This document shows, piece by piece, positions 39,201 through 53,224 of a stretch of 64,000 bases of DNA (positions are counted from its first letter, which is position 1; each line of letters starts with the position of its first letter). The notes below the pieces were generated by a model. It was not told the origin of the DNA, ran no database searches, and saw only the letters and a program-made list of their open reading frames with translations. The stretch is from assembly GCA_028023455.1 (NCBI GenBank), contig JAQFVV010000003.1:14136001-14200000 (forward strand), written 5' to 3'. The stretch is from Epiperipatus broadwayi. Its lineage: Eukaryota > Animalia > Onychophora. The translations under genes were made by a program, and so were the position numbers.

Positions 39201-40399
39201 ATACCTTTAAATTTGTAATTCTGATTATAATTGATTTAGACAATACATTTTCTGTTAAGAAATCATAACTGCAATAGAGGCTTAAGTGAAATATGAGAAT
39301 TTTAGAATAATTCTCAAGTAGCTAAGATTCTGTTACGAGTTTAAGATCTATCTAATAGATATATTAATCTGAAAAAATTTCCATTTATAAAAGATAAGGA
39401 TAGAAGAGATGAATGAAATTGTAACTACTAAAAGTCAACATGGACTCAATGTCTGTTGACGTATGATATCTTCTACATCAATAATAAAAACACATCATAT
39501 TTATCTTTTTTAGTTTGCATTTTGACAGTCATTTGACCAATACAATTAACTTTGGAACTTTTAACCTTCAGGTAAATATAATTTATCACCTAATATGGTG
39601 TAACTATGATCCAATATAAAATCCTCAATTTATTATTGCGTAATTAGAATAGTTAAATATATCTCTGGCAGTGTTATTTATTTATATTATATATTTTTCA
39701 TAATTTTATTTTACTGATAAACATTTTAATTTCATGTGTATATTGGATGTTTTTATTTTTAATTATATATTTCAGTAGTAATATGTAATATGTATACTTA
39801 TTCACATTAATAGAAGTTTACTCTTTATTTCAGTAGTAAGTATATAGTATCAGAAAAGTAGCTTCCATATCAATAAAAGATTGAAACATCTGATTTGTGA
39901 TGTATATAGATTTAAACAATGAATTGTTATAACAAGCATGATATCTTATTGCCATTATAAATTAATAATTTCTATGGATCACAATAATAATAGAATGATG
40001 ACTAGAACAATTACTATTAAGTGAAATTTACCATTAAATGAATTAAGCTATTTTTACATTCATAAATGTCTATAGTAATAACTCATTTTATTACTATTAT
40101 TTGGAATGGACCAAAGACACTTCAATATAATATATATATATTTTTAACACAGTCTGGTTCATTATTCATATTTCATTAATTATTACATTCAACTTGTAAA
40201 CAATGTCAAAAAAGAATTTAAAAATTCTTATTACAATAAAACAACTTTTAGTATTAGCAGATTCACTTTGGGTTACAATATTATGAAAATTGCTTTATTC
40301 TTTTTTTTAAAGAAAATTTATTCAATTTATTTGTACATGAAATACATTTTTTAACACAGTTTGAAATTATTTACTCTGTGTCGCTGCAAAGTGGAGGCT

Positions 40400-40870
40400 T
40401 GAAGTGACTGAGTAAGCGGAGTCATTCTATGGTTCGTGCTCTTCTGTTAGGATGGCTTTGGACCATGTTTCTTTATGCAGCCAGTCTGGTGCTAGCATTC
40501 TGTCTCTGATGCTGATGCTCTTACTTAATGTTTTGAAGGTTTCCAAGATATTAAATGTAGTATTATTAATTATGTGTTTGCATCTGGTTAGCCAGATTGC
40601 AAAGGAGAGGAAAATTGAGAGTGATGTTTAAATAATTTCTGTTCTTGATTGCATGTTGAAATGAAAACAAGTCTGCATTTTGATTTTTGGCTGTATCATT
40701 GATAAATGTTTTTAGCGAGCTGAGTATTGGACAGTTGTGAAAAGTTCTTGCTAGCAGCTTTATATAAACTTGTGGAATTAAACATATTTGAAACCTTGCT
40801 CTGGGTAATGACTTGGCTTAAAGAAATGTGTTATGGCTGGTTTGAGTTTCAGTCTGTGCCATTAAATGTT
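40400..40870 (-). pseudogene. Possible Penelope-like GIY-YIG endonuclease fossil
   Basis: Across frames on the - strand: VYIKLLARTF, HAIKN, KHIINNTTFNIL and SIRDR, in the order expected for YIGxTxRxL / EHxxAIK / HxIxWxxxKIL / RxxRE; needs several frameshifts. Confidence 0.35.
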
Positions 40871-43810
40871 TTCCATTTTTGCAATAAGGCTGTTATTCTT
40901 CCCAATTGTTTTAATATTCACAACTTTAATTTATTTTTAGAAATATCTCTATAGTATTTACTATCTTAACAATTTGTTGATCCCAATGGAGCCTATATCA
41001 GTAATAGATTTTATAACTCAATTTAATCATTTCCAATTTATTTTTTAAAATGTGTTTACACCATCAAGGGAAATATTGCTTCCAAGATGACCAAAGATAA
41101 AAAGTACTGGTTGTATCAATTATTTTTCTTATGTGCATTTAGAAATAACTGCTCCAGTAATAATTTAAATTTAATAAGATGTGTTTATAATGAATAGTTC
41201 TTAAAATTGCTTGTAAACATTGCATCGATAGCAATTGAAAATGATATATGTAATTATTTCTAATTTTATAAAAATGAAATTAAGAAAAATGAATATTTTT
41301 TAAATCAACTTTTATCAAATGATATTTTATGCTTATTTTATACTAAGGCTGTATTCATGTTAATGAACTTTATATATTTTTCTTTTGTAAATCAGTGTTC
41401 ATACCATTTTTACAATACTGTTGAATAGTCTGATATTGTGTCTGCTTATTTATGATTGTTCTTTGTATTATAACTGTCATATTTAGATGTCATTTAGTTA
41501 ACAAAAATATTAAAAAATATTAAGCATGATATTTAATAATTTTATAGTTTGGAAAATTGCCAAAGATATATATGAATGCTATAAGCAGATTGATAGTATA
41601 TCTTGCTGAAAAGTGCTTGTGTGCATGAACTAAAAATAATTATAGTGAAAAGCTATTAGTGTGAGGTATTACTATGCTGAATCCCCAAATTTATGACTAC
41701 TGTGATCAAAAGTTACAAGTTTGCATGTATTAGTAAACAAAATTGTTTCAAGTAGATAGAGGATTTTGGATATATTTCATGCAACTGTCTTTTAGAACCT
41801 CTTATCAGCTGGATGAGAATTTCAGAAGAATCTTCAGTAGTTTATTAAAGAAATAAGAATCAGAAATTATACATAGTATCGAAAAAAGCATCAAGTCTAA
41901 AAAGATAGAAGAAAATTGAAATATGTGTATATATGTACAAGATCCTTGTCAATTTTTTTTTTTATAAATGTCACCAATAGATTGACTGTTGTATATTTTG
42001 TAAGTTTCAAAATTTTTGTATAAAAGTTGATCAGGCATCAGAATAAATAAATATGCCTCAATAGTATGTATACTCTGCTTTAAGCAGGATATTAGTTCAT
42101 TCCTGAAGCAGGAAGAAATTATATTTAGATTGAAGATTTTTTTATCACTTTAGTCAATGCTTATCTTTTAAGATGCTATTTTATTTTTTATTATGAAAAG
42201 TTATTGAGTTGTAAAGTTGGTAAAGGTTGCAACTGTTTTTTTAAAAAAAGGGCTGGGAAATTTATTAATAGAATAATTGTATTTGGTTTCTTGAGAGATT
42301 TTGTGATATTAAACAGCACTCCAATAGGTTGAACACAATTGCATCATTTAAATAATTGACTGGACATTTTTCTCTTTAATTCAAGACAATTGATCTTTAG
42401 CTCTTCTACTATTTTAGAAAATAGCACAGGGCATTAAATAATTTAATATAATATATCATCACTTGGAAAATGCAACAGTTTGCCAGACTACTATATCTTT
42501 TGGAAAAGAGAACAAGAAACAAGTGCTATAGTTTTCCATATTGGTGCACGAACATCATTTGATCTTGCAAATAATTGAAATAATCATCAGCTTTCTTTTC
42601 ATGATGAACAAAAAATTAATAACCTATAATAAAGACAGCTCTTCAAAAATCAAAGTGCACTCTATAATCTGTGTCAGTTAATTAGTCAAGATTACAGCAT
42701 ATTAGAGTGAAGAAAACTACTTTTGGAAACATAAGAAGGTCATGATATTATTGTTGGTATTAACCCTTTCTAGCCAAAGGATAGAAGAACCTGTAATTGG
42801 TACAAAACAACTGGCATAACCAGATTTATATAACTATGCTAGTTGAATTGTGTTCAAACCTTTGCTTTTTTAAAAAAAATTTCAAACTATTTACTTGAAT
42901 AGTATAACAGAATAAAAGGTGATTGCTTGTTGTAATCCTTAGTTCCACCTTTGAATTCTAGTTCTCATTAAAAAAGACAAAAGTGAGAAATCAGTCTGGG
43001 GATCGGGACATTATAACATTATACTGTTTGGTATCCATTGATTACTCATTTATAGCAGATAGCTATAGAATAGCATGATGATAATTGTTCTTGGAAGCAT
43101 GAGAAATGATATTGTTATTTGTATTAACTTTTCTAGTCAAAGAGTAGACTGGGTCTAAAGTTGGTATAAAACAGGTTTTTTTTTAAAAATAGAAATTGAT
43201 TTGATTTCATGTTTGTATAATTATGCAAATGAGTTTGCTTGGGTTCAAGATCTTAGTTTTTTTTTTTTTCATTTCAAGGATAGCTCTTTGATGCATAAGT
43301 GCATTTGTTCCAGTTTTGGATTGTAATTTTCACTGAATAAGGCAAAATTTAGAAACAAGTTTGAGAATGGGAATATTATAACCCTTTGCTATTTGTTATC
43401 CATTAATTCCTTAAAATACAGTAGATATCTGTAGACTACAGTGAAAATATAGTAGATAACTGTAGATTACGGTGAAAATATTTGCTTTTGGAAACTTCAA
43501 CCATAGTGGACAAAAAATGAACACATATTCAGAAATGATTATCTTTTGGTGAATAAAAAAAAAATACAAATTTTAATCAGGATACCGTAAATGAATTTGA
43601 ATAATGCTGAAGTAGTCTATTTTTCATATTCATGACCTTTCAGTGATCAAATTCCATGGTCTACATGCATAGTTATTTTTAACCCATTTTTTGTCATATG
43701 AAAGGATTTGAATTACCTGATATTTCATTCTCAGAAATTTATGAAACATTTTCAATTGTGAGTACTAATTAAAATAAAAAATCTAATAAAATAAATCAAT
43801 AAATATCACA

Positions 43811-43984
43811 GTTAATGTTTGGTGGTGTCTTGATTGGCTAATAATAAATTATTTGTTTCTATAATTATTTTTGACCAAGCACATTAAATTTTATTAGGTT
43901 AATGTTTGGTGGTGTCTTGATTGGCTAATAATAAATTATTTGTTTCTAGAATTATTTTTGACCAAGCACATTAAATTTTATTAG
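43811..43984 (+). repeat. 2 x 87-bp direct tandem duplication
   Basis: gttaatgtttggtggtgtcttgattggc...ttttattag repeated at 43811 and 43898, nearly identical. Confidence 0.95.
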
Positions 43985-46386
43985 AATAACTTTTCCACAA
44001 TAATTTTATCAGAAAGAAATTTTTAAATTGAAAACTAAATTTTGGAAAAGGGGTTAATCATATTTTATTAAATTAAAATGTTATCACCATATATATCAGT
44101 GCAATAATTGTTTGGCCAAAATAATAAATTATTGGAGAAGATTGCTCTATAACAGGGCAAATAATTCTAATAAAAATGATAGTGTATTTTTTCCAACATT
44201 TTTTAATTTTAAAATTTCTTTTTGATAAATTTATTTCTAATTAGAATATGGTAAATAACAGCCATTGAAAATATTAACTTTTGACTGGATATTTTTTGAA
44301 TTACTATTCATTTTTAAGAATGTTGCACAATTCTGAACAACATAATTTTGTGTGATAATGTGTTATCGAACATGGCAAAAGCCTATATATGAAACTAGAT
44401 GTTTTTGTTTTATCATTTACAAATTCATTTTTTCTGTATTTAAAATTCTAATATAAAAAAAAAAAGTGCTTAAATAAGAATTTGAAAAAGATGTCTGCTG
44501 CATACATATAAAAACCATAAAGTAATAATATTTATGTAGTATAATTTTTATTACACTACTCTTTGGTCATATGTTTATAATTACTCCCTCCACAAGGTGT
44601 TAAAAGCAGATAGAAATCAGTCCCGACCTTGTATGAAAGTGGTGTAGGAAAATTATACCACAGAAATATTCATTATTGGATAATATCTATTCTAATGAAT
44701 GACTAATAAGAATTATTCATGAACTAAATAATCTGCTTTTTCATATTAATTAAAAAAAAAAGTTATGATTATTGGATTAATATAATTTATTCACACCTTA
44801 AAAATTTTATGGCTAATTTAATTATTAAAGGGATGATAAAAATATTCATGTTCTGTTATTAATTTGTTAATTTTATAATGTTTGCATTTTAACTTAAATT
44901 TCATTTATTCTTGTTTCCAGCAAACTTCCTGTAGGCAATCTAATAATAAACTATAATTTAGTCATTTGAGTGATTTCAATATTATCTTGCTTGATAGAAG
45001 AAAGCATATAGACCAGAGGCAATGTTTTGATTATTTAATACCAAGCATGGTTGAGTGCATACTTTATAAACAGTTTTACAGAATAAGATCTTTTAGTTTA
45101 GTTTTTTTTTTTTCATGTGTTGAAATGTATGTGATTTATAGAAGCTTAAATTATATTAACATGGAAAACAAGAGGGATGAGATTAAAGAAAATAAAGGTA
45201 TTAATCTTTAATTATGCTTATATTTTTTATATCTGAGTTCTCTCCTAACAAATAATTAATAATAGTCAATATCATTTATTTATGAAAAAGTTTATTTCAT
45301 TATAATATAATATACTAGTAATAATAAATTGAGAGGTTGCCAATCTCTCGCTTGTGCCTACTGTTGCTTCTCAGACAGCCAATCAGATCAGCAGCCTGAA
45401 GAGCGATCAAGCCACAACACATGACAGAATTTTTGATAAGAAAAGGATGGTCCCACTCTCTTCTCGACTTAACTTTTTATATATATAAGCCAGTCTTAAG
45501 CATCTTGGCTTGAAAGTGTGAAGCTATAAATATCTTCATATATTACTCATTGAGTCTTAATTTACGAAAGTACAGCGCGAAACCTTAAGTTTACTATGCC
45601 ATAGTTTTCTAGATATTAATATAAGTTATCAGCAATGTATGTAAATAATATACTAGTTAAAACTATGATTAGTCTTTTCACTTTCTTTTAACATTGTAAC
45701 TATAAAAATAAAATGCTAGGGATTGCATATAATTATAAACCTGCATAGAACCACAACTGCATGGATACAAACAAACACTGGATGTGTTTAATGCTTTTAA
45801 TGTTTCAGAATCTTGAATACTTTCATATCTTAGAAATGTTTCTATGTCATTGTGATTTTTGGTAACAAACATAAAACTGTTCCAGTTTAATTTCAGTTAC
45901 TTTTTATATATATATAAATTATAAATTAAATGATTATTAATATTTTCTATATGAAATTGATTTTGACCATTTTTATATTTTATTCTATTAACTGGAATCT
46001 TTTTTTTTTTACATAACATATATCCAAATTTCTTTAAAAACCTTAGATAGAAAACATCAAAGCCAATAGAAAGCACTGAAATTGCAGGCTAGTACAACAA
46101 ACATTCACAGTACACATTTCGAAGCATTACAATGATCAGTTAAAATATTGATTAATTTTTAAATTAATATAATGTTTCACAAGTTTATTTATTAATGATA
46201 AATTATGAAACAAAGACATTGATGGACAATGATTAGTTGCTAATTTTTGAATTACATTAATCATCACCACTTCTAACTAGAAGACAAAAAAAAAACAAAA
46301 ACAAAGAAATAAAAAATAAAGTTAAAAAATGAATAAAGAAAAAGATTTGTGAATAACTGAAGAATGGAAATACAGTTGCATATCAT

Positions 46387-46716
46387 AATTTTCACAGAGG
46401 CAAAACTCTCCATATAGTAGCACCATTCAGTGTAAGCCAGAGTAATCAATGGATGCAGAAAGGTTGCATTAGATCCTAAGAATTAGATGCAGTGCTCTCA
46501 GATCCAATGTTACTCATTGATGACAGTCACAAGCTAGAAACTAGTCTAGTGGTATTGGATGAATAGGCACTAGGTAGGGATTTTATCCACAAACCTTCCT
46601 GCATTCATTGATTACTCTGGCTTGCACTGAGTGGCGCTACTGTATTGAGAATTTCGCTTCTGTGAAAAATGGCTTGTGTAAGCATAAAGAATGGTGATCA
46701 TGTGATGTTTGATTGT
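46387..46716. mobile_element. Family A fold-back (diverged subfamily)
   Basis: Short antisense arm 46387-46462; sense arm to the tail aatggtgatcatgtgatgttt; decayed core TTGATGA..GAAACTAGTC at 46517-46546. Confidence 0.85.
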
Positions 46717-49334
46717 TTATTATCATAATTGGTGCAGAAATATCTTAGTGGCATGAGAGACAACTAACTTAAATAACTGAAAGTAATATAAAATGCATTA
46801 ATAATCAGGAAATAATTTATGTAACTTGAATTTCCAAATTATTAATGTTTATTGTAAATATTCAGTAATAAACATTAAAATATATAGAAATTGATGTGAA
46901 ATTTCTAACAAAAAAATAAACTCTTAGATAAACAACAAAAATAATTTTGCAATTGCTTATAATCTCCAATATTGGATATATTAATTTGTTACAGTATGAG
47001 ATGTATTTGTATTTTCTAATGTTATTGTAGTAGTAACGTTAATGTAAAAAAGTTTGAGTTGCTGGATGAGGGTAAATATTTAAAAAGAAAACCAATTGTG
47101 TATTAAATCACTGGATGATAGAGCAATAATTCTAGGAATTGTTACATTGTATTTTTTTGATATGAAAATTAAGTAGATTACATTCATTATTTTTAATAAT
47201 TGCAAATACTGCTAACATTTATTATTATATAGCTAAATATTGGATGATTACATTGTGATTTAACTTCTTTTTTTTTTACAGCATTCATTGATCATATTTC
47301 CTCAATTTTTTTGCAATAATTAAAAATATCCCTGGAGGACTTATACTGTTTTAGATATGGCAAGTTTTACTACTGCTTCTCTTATGGAACTTCTGCATGG
47401 TTTAATGCAGTGATAAGAGAAACAAACTATAAAGCTAAAGGTTGACATTTGCCGCTCAAGCTGTCAGTTCTGATGCTTGCACATGACCCTCTAAGCAACA
47501 AATCATTATTATTATTTTTTATTGAAAATGACACAGAACATGTATAATTAATTTTGTTCAAATAAGACCAATGTAATACATGAGTGTAAATGTTTGCCTG
47601 ACAATAATATTTTAAAGAAAAAAATACCGTTGTATGAAAAGTTAGATAATAAAGTAAATTATGTGTCTGTACACTTTGGACAGTTTACTATTCTTAAAAG
47701 GATATTTCTCCTGTTATGATAGAAAGTTTAATTATTATTATTTTTTTTTTACAAATAATAGTGTTTCATTTATATTAGGATATATTTATAAAAGATCTCC
47801 ACAAATTACTTTTTTGTTTAAAACTTTATGTAGTTAATATTATTTGACCCTAAAGAATTGGCTAAGAAAACAGTCAATTTGCTCCATAAGTCATATCCAA
47901 TTGAAACATTTATTTAAACAATGTGGAAATTCAGAGCACTAACGAATAATATTCTTTTTTTTTCATTAATCAAGCTGATTTTTTGATTACTCTGATTTTT
48001 TCTAGAACAATCAAACAAACTAAAGTGAATTTGTGAGCTTTATTAGAGCTAATGTAAGAAGTCAGTTTAGAATGTTATCTCAATGTTTGTAAGTATTGAA
48101 GTGAATAATTCATCAAAGTTCATTGTGCAAATATGCTGATATCCTCTTTGAGTGCCATATTTTCTTTTATTGTCGCTTCCATTTACTTACATAAAAACCC
48201 TCTTAAACCCAAAATTTGAAAAACAGAATTTACTGAATTAGAATTTTTTTTTCTTGGACATTATCAGTCTGTATATCAATAAATGTAATCCTAGCTTCAA
48301 TTCCATCATTTTGATCATTTGTTCATCATTACATTTGAAGAAATTTAGTATTTTTGTTATTTTACATAGACTTTTAAATAGAATTCTATCAAATTTTTAA
48401 TAGCATTTTTTTTCTTAATTTATTTCTCAAACCTTCACTTATTTTTTTTCTCATGATACCATGTATATTCTGATATTCTATATTTTCTATTTTACTTACA
48501 TTGCATAAGAATCTAAATTTTCTTCACAATATAAGGTTTAATTTTTTCATTTGTTTTTATTTGATGTACATAACTTCTAATTGACATAATAGCTTTATTT
48601 TTGACTTCTAAAAATTGCTGACTGATGAGGATTCTTGAAAAATGAATGATCTTAACCTTAATTATCTAAAGTTTTTTCTCCTTGATAAATCATTTTTTCT
48701 GAGCGCAAATCGAATCTTACAAATCCAATAAATGCATTGCTAGGTTATAAGGGACTTATAGATATATTTTAATATTTTTTTTGATACCATATTAATGTAT
48801 TACATCAGTGGCTCATCATTTCTTTTTGTACACCCTCTTTCTCTGTTCATAAATTTATCTTGTTTTTTTTTTTTTAAATTTTGTCCAGCACTGTTGATGA
48901 TTCTGTCTTATGTATCTTTTAAACATTGGACTATGCTGTTCTTGCTCTCTCTTATTTTTCATCTCCCAACCTTTATATATATATTACTTTGCTTTTGTTA
49001 ACTTTATCCTTGGTTGCTAATTTTAGTTTCTATGTAAGTTTTTTTTTCTTTTTTGTTACTATACTTATTTTCTTTTCTGCATATATTTACAGTAAGATTC
49101 ATATCTACATTTTATTTATTAAAACAAAAAAAACAACAACAACACACTCTGCAAATATAATGCTGATAATCTACACTCACTTTTATTTTTAGATCCAAGT
49201 ATTGCATATTATAGCTTTAATTCATAAACTAGTATTAAAAAAGTTTTGTCTTATTCATTTCTCATTGTGTAGAAGTTTTCTAATATAGAGCATTATTATT
49301 ATCTTTATTATTTTATTTATGATTGCTAAAGGGA

Positions 49335-49602
49335 TTTTAAAACAGGCAAAACTCTCCATACAGTAGTGCCACTCAGTGTAAACCAGAGTAATCAATGTAT
49401 GCCAGAAGGCTTCTGCATAAAATCCCTATCTAGTGCCTACTCATCCAATATCCCCAGACTAGTTTCTAGCTTGTAGCCTTCATCAGTGAGGAGTCATCCA
49501 TTGATTATTCTGGCTTGCGCTGAGTGTCTCTACTGTATGGAGAGTTTTTCCTGTTTTAATAACAGTTATGAGCAAGCATAAGAAATGGTGATCATGTGAT
49601 GA
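49335..49602. mobile_element. Family A fold-back
   Basis: Antisense arm 49335-49493 without tail; sense arm 49494-49602 with tail. Confidence 0.9.
49451..49492 (-). ncRNA. Best-preserved family A minimal type I hammerhead ribozyme
   Basis: Minus strand reads TCCTCA CTGATGA AGGC-TACAA-GCTA GAAAC TA GTC TGGGGA: 6-bp helix I, intact core, 3-bp helix II, palindromic ACTAGT helix III, GUC triplet; predicted cut between 49457 and 49456. Confidence 0.8.
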
Positions 49603-49662
49603 TAAATGGATTTTAAATAAATTTTAAATCAGTTAAAATCTGTTATAGGAAAGATTATAAGC

Positions 49663-52492
49663 CAGGAGTGGGCATGCACAAGGCCAATGGGAGCCACATG
49701 CCTGTTTTCATATATTGTATAGAGCCACACCATATTATTTAAGTACATAAAGAGAAATACATATAGCCAAATTTTATTTAACTTAATTAACACGATGACA
49801 TATTCTACACAAGTTTTAAGTGCAATCAAGAGAAATAAATAAAATACAAAATAATTATTTCGAAATTTTAATAATAAAAATAAAATATAGTAATAAAAAT
49901 TCATAAATAAAAAGTACAACATTTAATGAATGTCTTTGGTCAAATATTTGTAATTTGGTGTATAATTTGTTAAAGCCATTTGCAGCAATTCTTTGAGATG
50001 CCAATTGGTCAACTGTGAACGATATTTTGACTTTATGAATTTCATTGTGGAATACAACAATTCACAGCAATATACTGTACCAAAAATTGAAATTAGATAG
50101 CAAGCAGCTTTTTTTAAGTGTGGACATTTTGATTCTAGCATGAGTTTCCAACATTCAGTTAGAGAACAAAATTTGTGATGCATTTGCATTTCCTGATCCT
50201 CTTTTATCCTTAATAACTCCAATTGTCCCACTGTTTTGGAAATCCATCTTCAATAATATCACAAATAAATGGGTTTACAAAATATGCAAATGCAGATTTA
50301 AAACTTTTCAAATCTTCAAACCTACATTAAGAAATTCACTTGCAATTTTTCCAATTTTATTTTATATTTGTCTAATTTCTCTTCTTTGATATATATTTTT
50401 TTTTACTCATGGAAAATGATTAAATATTCTGCACTTAAGATTGTGCATGAAAAGCCAAAGTTTAGTTTCAGAACTAAATACACTTTGTGATTTTTTTTTG
50501 TGACAAATCACTAATCATTTATTCCTTATGTTCCATAATGTCTTTAAGGAACATTAAATCAGAAAGCCAAGTTTCATTTTCTAATTCTGGGAATTTTTTT
50601 TCATTTTTTTTTAATGTTATGATAAGATTTAGGAGCTGCACAAAATGGCTCAAAACATTGCAAGTTGAAAGCAATCTTATAACTGATCATAATGAGAGAT
50701 CACTGGGCAATTAATCTGTTTTTTCATTTTTACTTCTCTAAAAAGTTATTAAATTGATGGTGTGTTTTGGCATTTGTTCTAATTAAATTTACAATCTGCA
50801 AAATAATCTTCCACACATTTTTGTATTTCACATGATATTGCGAATTATGCAATGAAGAGGTACAAAACATGGATTTTTAAGATTGTTGTTTAAAAGACCA
50901 ATAAGACCTAGGTTTTGCCCTATCATTGCAGGGACTGCTGTAGTCATAACACTTACAAGCTTATCATTAGGCAATTTGAACCTGTTCATTACTTCATCAA
51001 GTGCATTTTTGATATCATCGATACTGCGAGTTGAGTTGTTTCAGTAAGAGCTAGTAGATCTAACATAACATTTGCAGATACATAGCAGATAAAAACAGCC
51101 AATTGTAGAACACCATGAATGTCTAGAGACTTATCTTTAAGAGTGAAACTGAATGCTGTACATTTTTTTAAATCACACATCAAACTACTTTCAAATTTTT
51201 ATTAATTTTACTAAGACAGTAGTAAGGCATAAAATAAGAACTTGTGCAATCAGTTTATGCGGTTTTGTATTATCTGGATCCAAAAATTGAACCACTTCTT
51301 ACAAATTTTTTTTAATAAATTTTCCTTCTTCATATGGATGTTTGGCATAAGCAACATTTTAAGCTATCAAAAAACTAGCTTTGTTGGCTCTGGCATCTTC
51401 ATGACTAAAAGAAGACAATAGTCTGTTATAAACAATGATAGGGTCATGTGATATATGACTCTTATTTTGACTATTAATAGTCTTTGTTACTTATGAAAAC
51501 CTGATTGTAATGACTTAAGTTTCTCTGTTTGCAATTTTGAATTGTGTGGATATTGAATTGAAAAATGGGGTTGACTTATTATGTAATGTGGCAAAAATTA
51601 TTTACTTTGTAGTTTGCAAGTGTAACTTTGCAAATAAGACACAATGACATTTCATTATTGTCAATAAAAGAAAATTTGTCTACCCATTCTTGCTGAAAGC
51701 TTCTATTTTTTCATTTTTTTATATTTTCTGAGATCATGTTAATAAAAAATATAAGTAAATTTATTTTTAAAGTCTGAAATTCAAACAAAATAATTTTTGT
51801 TTAAAAAGATTCGTAAGTGATGCAACAAATTGTTGAAGAAACAGAGCTTCTTAAAATAAAATAGGAATAAAAACAATTTTTGATTGATATTTTTTCCTGC
51901 TAATTCTTAAATGTCTGTTTTATTATTTACCACCAAAATATTATTTACCACCAAAAATAGAAATAATATAACCAAAGTCAAGAAAATGCTTTCCAGTTTT
52001 AGTTTCAAGAGTTTTTCATATAATTGTTTTAAAAAAACAGGAAACTATAAATCCACTAATTATAAACAACTAAAACAAATTTTTTAACTTGTACACATGT
52101 CCTTTGAAAGCCTGTGCAGACGCCTATGAAAAATTACACATCATAAACAAGTTTAAATTGCCTAATAAAACAGTCTGTTTACCATATTTTTTGAAGAAAT
52201 ATGAAATAGGACATTTAACTAACTAATAGGAAAAACACTATAAAAGCAGGTAGCAATTTTTATAAAATTCAGTAGGTGTCATTAATTTATAGTTTGTCAA
52301 TATATTTGAAAATAATATTTACATGCTAACATAAATTTTTAATAAAATAAGTAATACAAATAAATGTTTGATAAAAATTTCATATTACAAATTTTTGTGC
52401 AATTAAATAAAAAATCTGAAATAATAAAAATAAATTTGGATTTCAATGGGAGCCACACTTAGCTCGATTAAGAGCCCATTTGTCCACCATTG
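49663..52492 (-). mobile_element. Full-length but dead hAT (Charlie/SPIN/Buster-like) DNA transposon, ~2.83 kb
   Basis: Degenerate TIRs CAGGAGTGGGCA / TGTCCACCATTG; TSD ttataagc / tcataagc; GGGAGCCACA near both ends; minus-strand transposase remnants KASFLIA..KHPY..GKFIK, KSLDIHGVLQLAVF, AVPAMIG and HCII, and the C-terminal dimerisation domain FGTVYCCELLYSTMKFIKSKYRSQLT. Confidence 0.9.
51439..51476 (+). mobile_element. Tail-only family B fragment nested in the hAT transposase
   Basis: gggtcatgtgatatatgactcttattttgactatt is nearly identical to the 3' tail of the 27.2-27.6 kb copy (gggtcatgtgatctatgactcttattttgaccatt). Confidence 0.6.
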
Positions 52493-52509
52493 TCATAAGC
52501 TATTAGTAT

Positions 52510-53224
52510 TATATATAGAGCTGCAAATAAGCTATGAACAAGCTTTGCAGAATATCCCCAACCCCAGACTGGTTTCTGCTGCTGGCTTCCTCAGTGAGGT
52601 GCTAGGATATTCAAGCATTAGATTAAAAATACTAGGACAGGCCCAACACTTTATTTAATGGATAACTATTAAGTAGAAAATCTGAAATTTTCAGACATTC
52701 ATATGTTTTCCAGTCCAGCTATCTAATTTAAATAGGCATATGGGACTGAACTAAGTTCAGATACACCATATGTTAATAACTTTAGCAATATAAAATCGCT
52801 AAAGTCTTAATAGCAAACAATAAAATTACAAAGAAATCAAGTCATAGTTCAAATGACCTAATTTAACAAGCTTGCATTACAAATGTTATATATAGAGCTT
52901 GCAAATAAGCTCTTAACAAGCTTTGCAGAATATCCCCAATCCCAGACCGGTTTCTGTTACTGCTGGTCATGTGATATATGACTTGATTTCTTTGTAATTT
53001 TATTTTTTTATATTAAGGCCTTGGTGATTTTGTATTGCTAAAGTTATTAATATATGATGTATCTGAACTTGTTTCAATTCTATATGGCTATTTAAGTTAG
53101 ATAGCTGGATTGGAAGACATATGAATGTTTGAAAATTTCAGATTTTCTACTTAATAGTTATCCATTAGATAAAATGTTGGGCTTGTCCTGGTATTTTTAA
53201 TCTAATGCTTGAATATCCTAGCAT
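52510..53224. mobile_element. Family B element: ~1.2 tandem antisense units (period 377 bp) plus an inverted sense arm
   Basis: atatatagagc recurs at 52511 and 52888; 52965-53224 is the reverse complement of ~52600-52860. Confidence 0.9.
52562..52599 (-). ncRNA. Family B minimal type I hammerhead ribozyme motif
   Basis: Minus strand reads CCTCA CTGAGGA AGC-CAGCA-GCA GAAAC CA GTC TGGGG: helix I CCUCA/UGGGG, intact core, GUC triplet; helix III is a decayed ACCGGT. Confidence 0.7.

Noticed and set aside
47320-47370. pogo/Tigger IPGGL motif
   Set aside because: Five-residue match with no supporting flanks or TIRs.
48619-48640. CTGATGAGGATTCTTGAAA as a hammerhead
   Set aside because: No credible helix II, helix I or cleavage triplet; expected by chance. 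The same applies to CTGANGA hits near 34145, 37006 and 5757 (-).
51370-51410. Hammerhead-like TGAAGATGCCAGAGCC on the minus strand
   Set aside because: It is part of the hAT transposase reading frame (EDARANKASFLIA) and lacks GAAA.
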